A stretch of 64,000 nt of DNA from Leptolyngbyaceae cyanobacterium (GTDB taxonomy: Bacteria > Cyanobacteriota > Cyanobacteriia > Phormidesmidales > Phormidesmidaceae): contig CBDHHL010000056.1 in assembly GCA_965263355.1 (NCBI GenBank), positions 1,600,001-1,664,000 on the forward strand. Reading direction: 5' to 3'. A model generated the notes under the pieces. That model made no database searches. It was not told where the DNA came from and saw only the letters and a list, made by a program, of their open reading frames with translations. Each line of letters begins with the position of its first letter. The stretch's first letter is position 1. A program made the translations under genes and the position numbers. This document shows positions 62,665 to 64,000 of the stretch, piece after piece.

Positions 62665-63270
62665 CTATTTCAAACGTTGTTCAATGGTTTGGAAATCGCG
62701 GCTAATTTCGACCCAAAGAGACTTATTTAAGGGGTCAGTTTTGAGGGCTTTATCCAAGTAAATGCGAGCTTTATCCAATTGGCCTTGACTGATCAGCTGA
62801 CGGCTCCAGCGCTGGTAGGTGATGGCCTGCCACTGACGGACTTCCAGATCTTGGGTAATGCGCTGGGCAAGGCCTTCAACTAGTGCGATCGCACGCGGAT
62901 ATTTCTGCTGCTTGAGCAACATTTGCAACTGCCGATAGGAATCTTGCTTCAGCTTTTGCTCATGGTCCGACAGCTCTGGATTTGTCTGGACCGGGCTAGG
63001 ATCCTCGTCTACTAAGTCTTCTGCAATCTCAACAGCTTCTTCTTCTGTCGGTTCGGTCTCCGGCTGAAACAGCTCCAGCAACGCTTCATACGCTTTAGTA
63101 ACTCGAATAAACCGATCTTGAGCCCGCTGATCATCAGGATTAACATCTGGATGATACTTACGCGCCAGCTTACGATAGGCTGCTTTGACATCGTCAAAAG
63201 ATGCCCCCGTTCGTAAGCCCAATGTCCGGTAATGATCCGATAACCCCATTACAGCCAAAAACGTTGCCAA
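62665..63270 (-). CDS. J-domain protein with TPR-like C-terminus
   Basis: HYRTLGL, AYRKLARKYHPD, AYE.L; AR.YL.KAL.TDP.N. Confidence 0.9.
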   Translation of the reverse strand: MATFLAVMGLSDHYRTLGLRTGASFDDVKAAYRKLARKYHPDVNPDDQRAQDRFIRVTKAYEALLELFQPETEPTEEEAVEIAEDLVDEDPSPVQTNPELSDHEQKLKQDSYRQLQMLLKQQKYPRAIALVEGLAQRITQDLEVRQWQAITYQRWSRQLISQGQLDKARIYLDKALKTDPLNKSLWVEISRDFQTIEQRLK

Positions 63271-63339
63271 AGCTTGATATTAAAACGTAAAAGACGATTG
63301 TTGTTGGATCAACGATAAAACTTTTGGATCCACAGAGCG

Positions 63340-63936
63340 TTAGACACGTTCTTCAATCACCCGATCAATTAAGCCGTAAGCCTTGGCCTCTTCCGCTGAC
63401 ATAAAGTTATCGCGATCAGTGTCTTTTTCAATTTGTTCAATCGTTTGTCCAGTATGATCAGCCATCAAACCATTTAAGCGACGCTTGAGCTGAACAATAT
63501 GATTGGCCTCAATTTCAATATCCGTCGCCTGACGCTGCCCTACTCCACCCATGGGCTGGTGAATCATAATCCGTGAGTGGGGCAGAGCTAGACGCTTACC
63601 AGCAGTGCCAGCACATAGCAAAAATGAGCCCATGGAAGCAGCTAAGCCGACACAGATAGTGACCACCTCGGACTTGATATAGCGCATGGTGTCATAAATG
63701 GCCATACCCGCTGTCACCGAACCACCGGGGGAGTTGATGTACAAATAAATTGGCTTAGTCGGATCATCAGAATCTAGATACAGCATATACGCCACAATGG
63801 CGTTAGCGATGCCATCTGTGACTTCCTCTGTCAAGAAGATAATGCGCTCACGAAATAGGCGTTCGTAAATGCTGATCCATTGTTCGTAGGTGCTACCGGG
63901 AAGGCGATATGGAACGCTGGGAATACCAATAGGCAT
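63340..63936 (-). CDS. clpP: ATP-dependent Clp protease proteolytic subunit
   Basis: [36 protein letters not shown]. Confidence 0.96.
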   Translation of the reverse strand: MPIGIPSVPYRLPGSTYEQWISIYERLFRERIIFLTEEVTDGIANAIVAYMLYLDSDDPTKPIYLYINSPGGSVTAGMAIYDTMRYIKSEVVTICVGLAASMGSFLLCAGTAGKRLALPHSRIMIHQPMGGVGQRQATDIEIEANHIVQLKRRLNGLMADHTGQTIEQIEKDTDRDNFMSAEEAKAYGLIDRVIEERV

Positions 63937-63968
63937 GGGTTTATGGGGGTAAGGGGTTATCTCAAAAT

Positions 63969-64000
63969 TTACGCGGGTTTCTCGATCACCCGGTCAATCA
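63969..64000 (-). CDS. 3' end of an upstream ClpP/ClpR-family gene (truncated by window edge)
   Basis: Minus strand ...IDRVIEKPA*, similar to ClpP/ClpR C-termini, directly upstream of clpP. Confidence 0.55.
   Translation of the reverse strand, partial: IDRVIEKPA

Noticed and set aside
1..64000. Abundant GCGATCGC octamers as a novel repeat
   Set aside because: This is the well-known cyanobacterial HIP1 sequence

Overview
Cyanobacterial chromosomal window. Evidence: psbB/psbT/psbM, nblB, pmgA, and about 20 copies of the HIP1 octamer GCGATCGC counted by eye. The right two-thirds is mostly core genome (HelY-type helicase, cobQ, psbM, psbB-psbT-nrdR-rps1, dnaX, trpD, rplU-rpmA, Na+/H+ antiporter, murI, rsmI, clpP/clpR). 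Three accessory blocks stand out. (1) 2976-6913: a tight three-gene lipoxygenase / atypical cytochrome P450 / unknown-protein unit. The P450 lacks the oxygen-activating acid-alcohol pair and has CYP74-like features, making this a candidate undescribed cyanobacterial oxylipin pathway and the best candidate novel system here. (2) About 7750-15420: a REP-associated tyrosine transposase surrounded by REP modules. A 139-bp direct repeat brackets two secreted-protein genes (a DUF4347 propeller/Ig protein and a Cys-rich triple-repeat protein), and the region also holds a duplicated ABC-gene 3' end and a Uma2 remnant. (3) About 41900-50000: a photoprotection block with crtW, a split orange-carotenoid-protein pair (HCP + CTDH), a ClpC-type ATPase, MarC and a group-2 sigma factor, with RpaB/HLR1-like sites. 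Also seen: two broken genes with readable lesions, a MntA/HepT toxin-antitoxin pair, a Pho-box-like site before a PEP-CTERM phosphatase, and several orphan terminator/sRNA candidates. No CRISPR array, tRNA or rRNA was found. All calls come from motif reading only; no database search was run.
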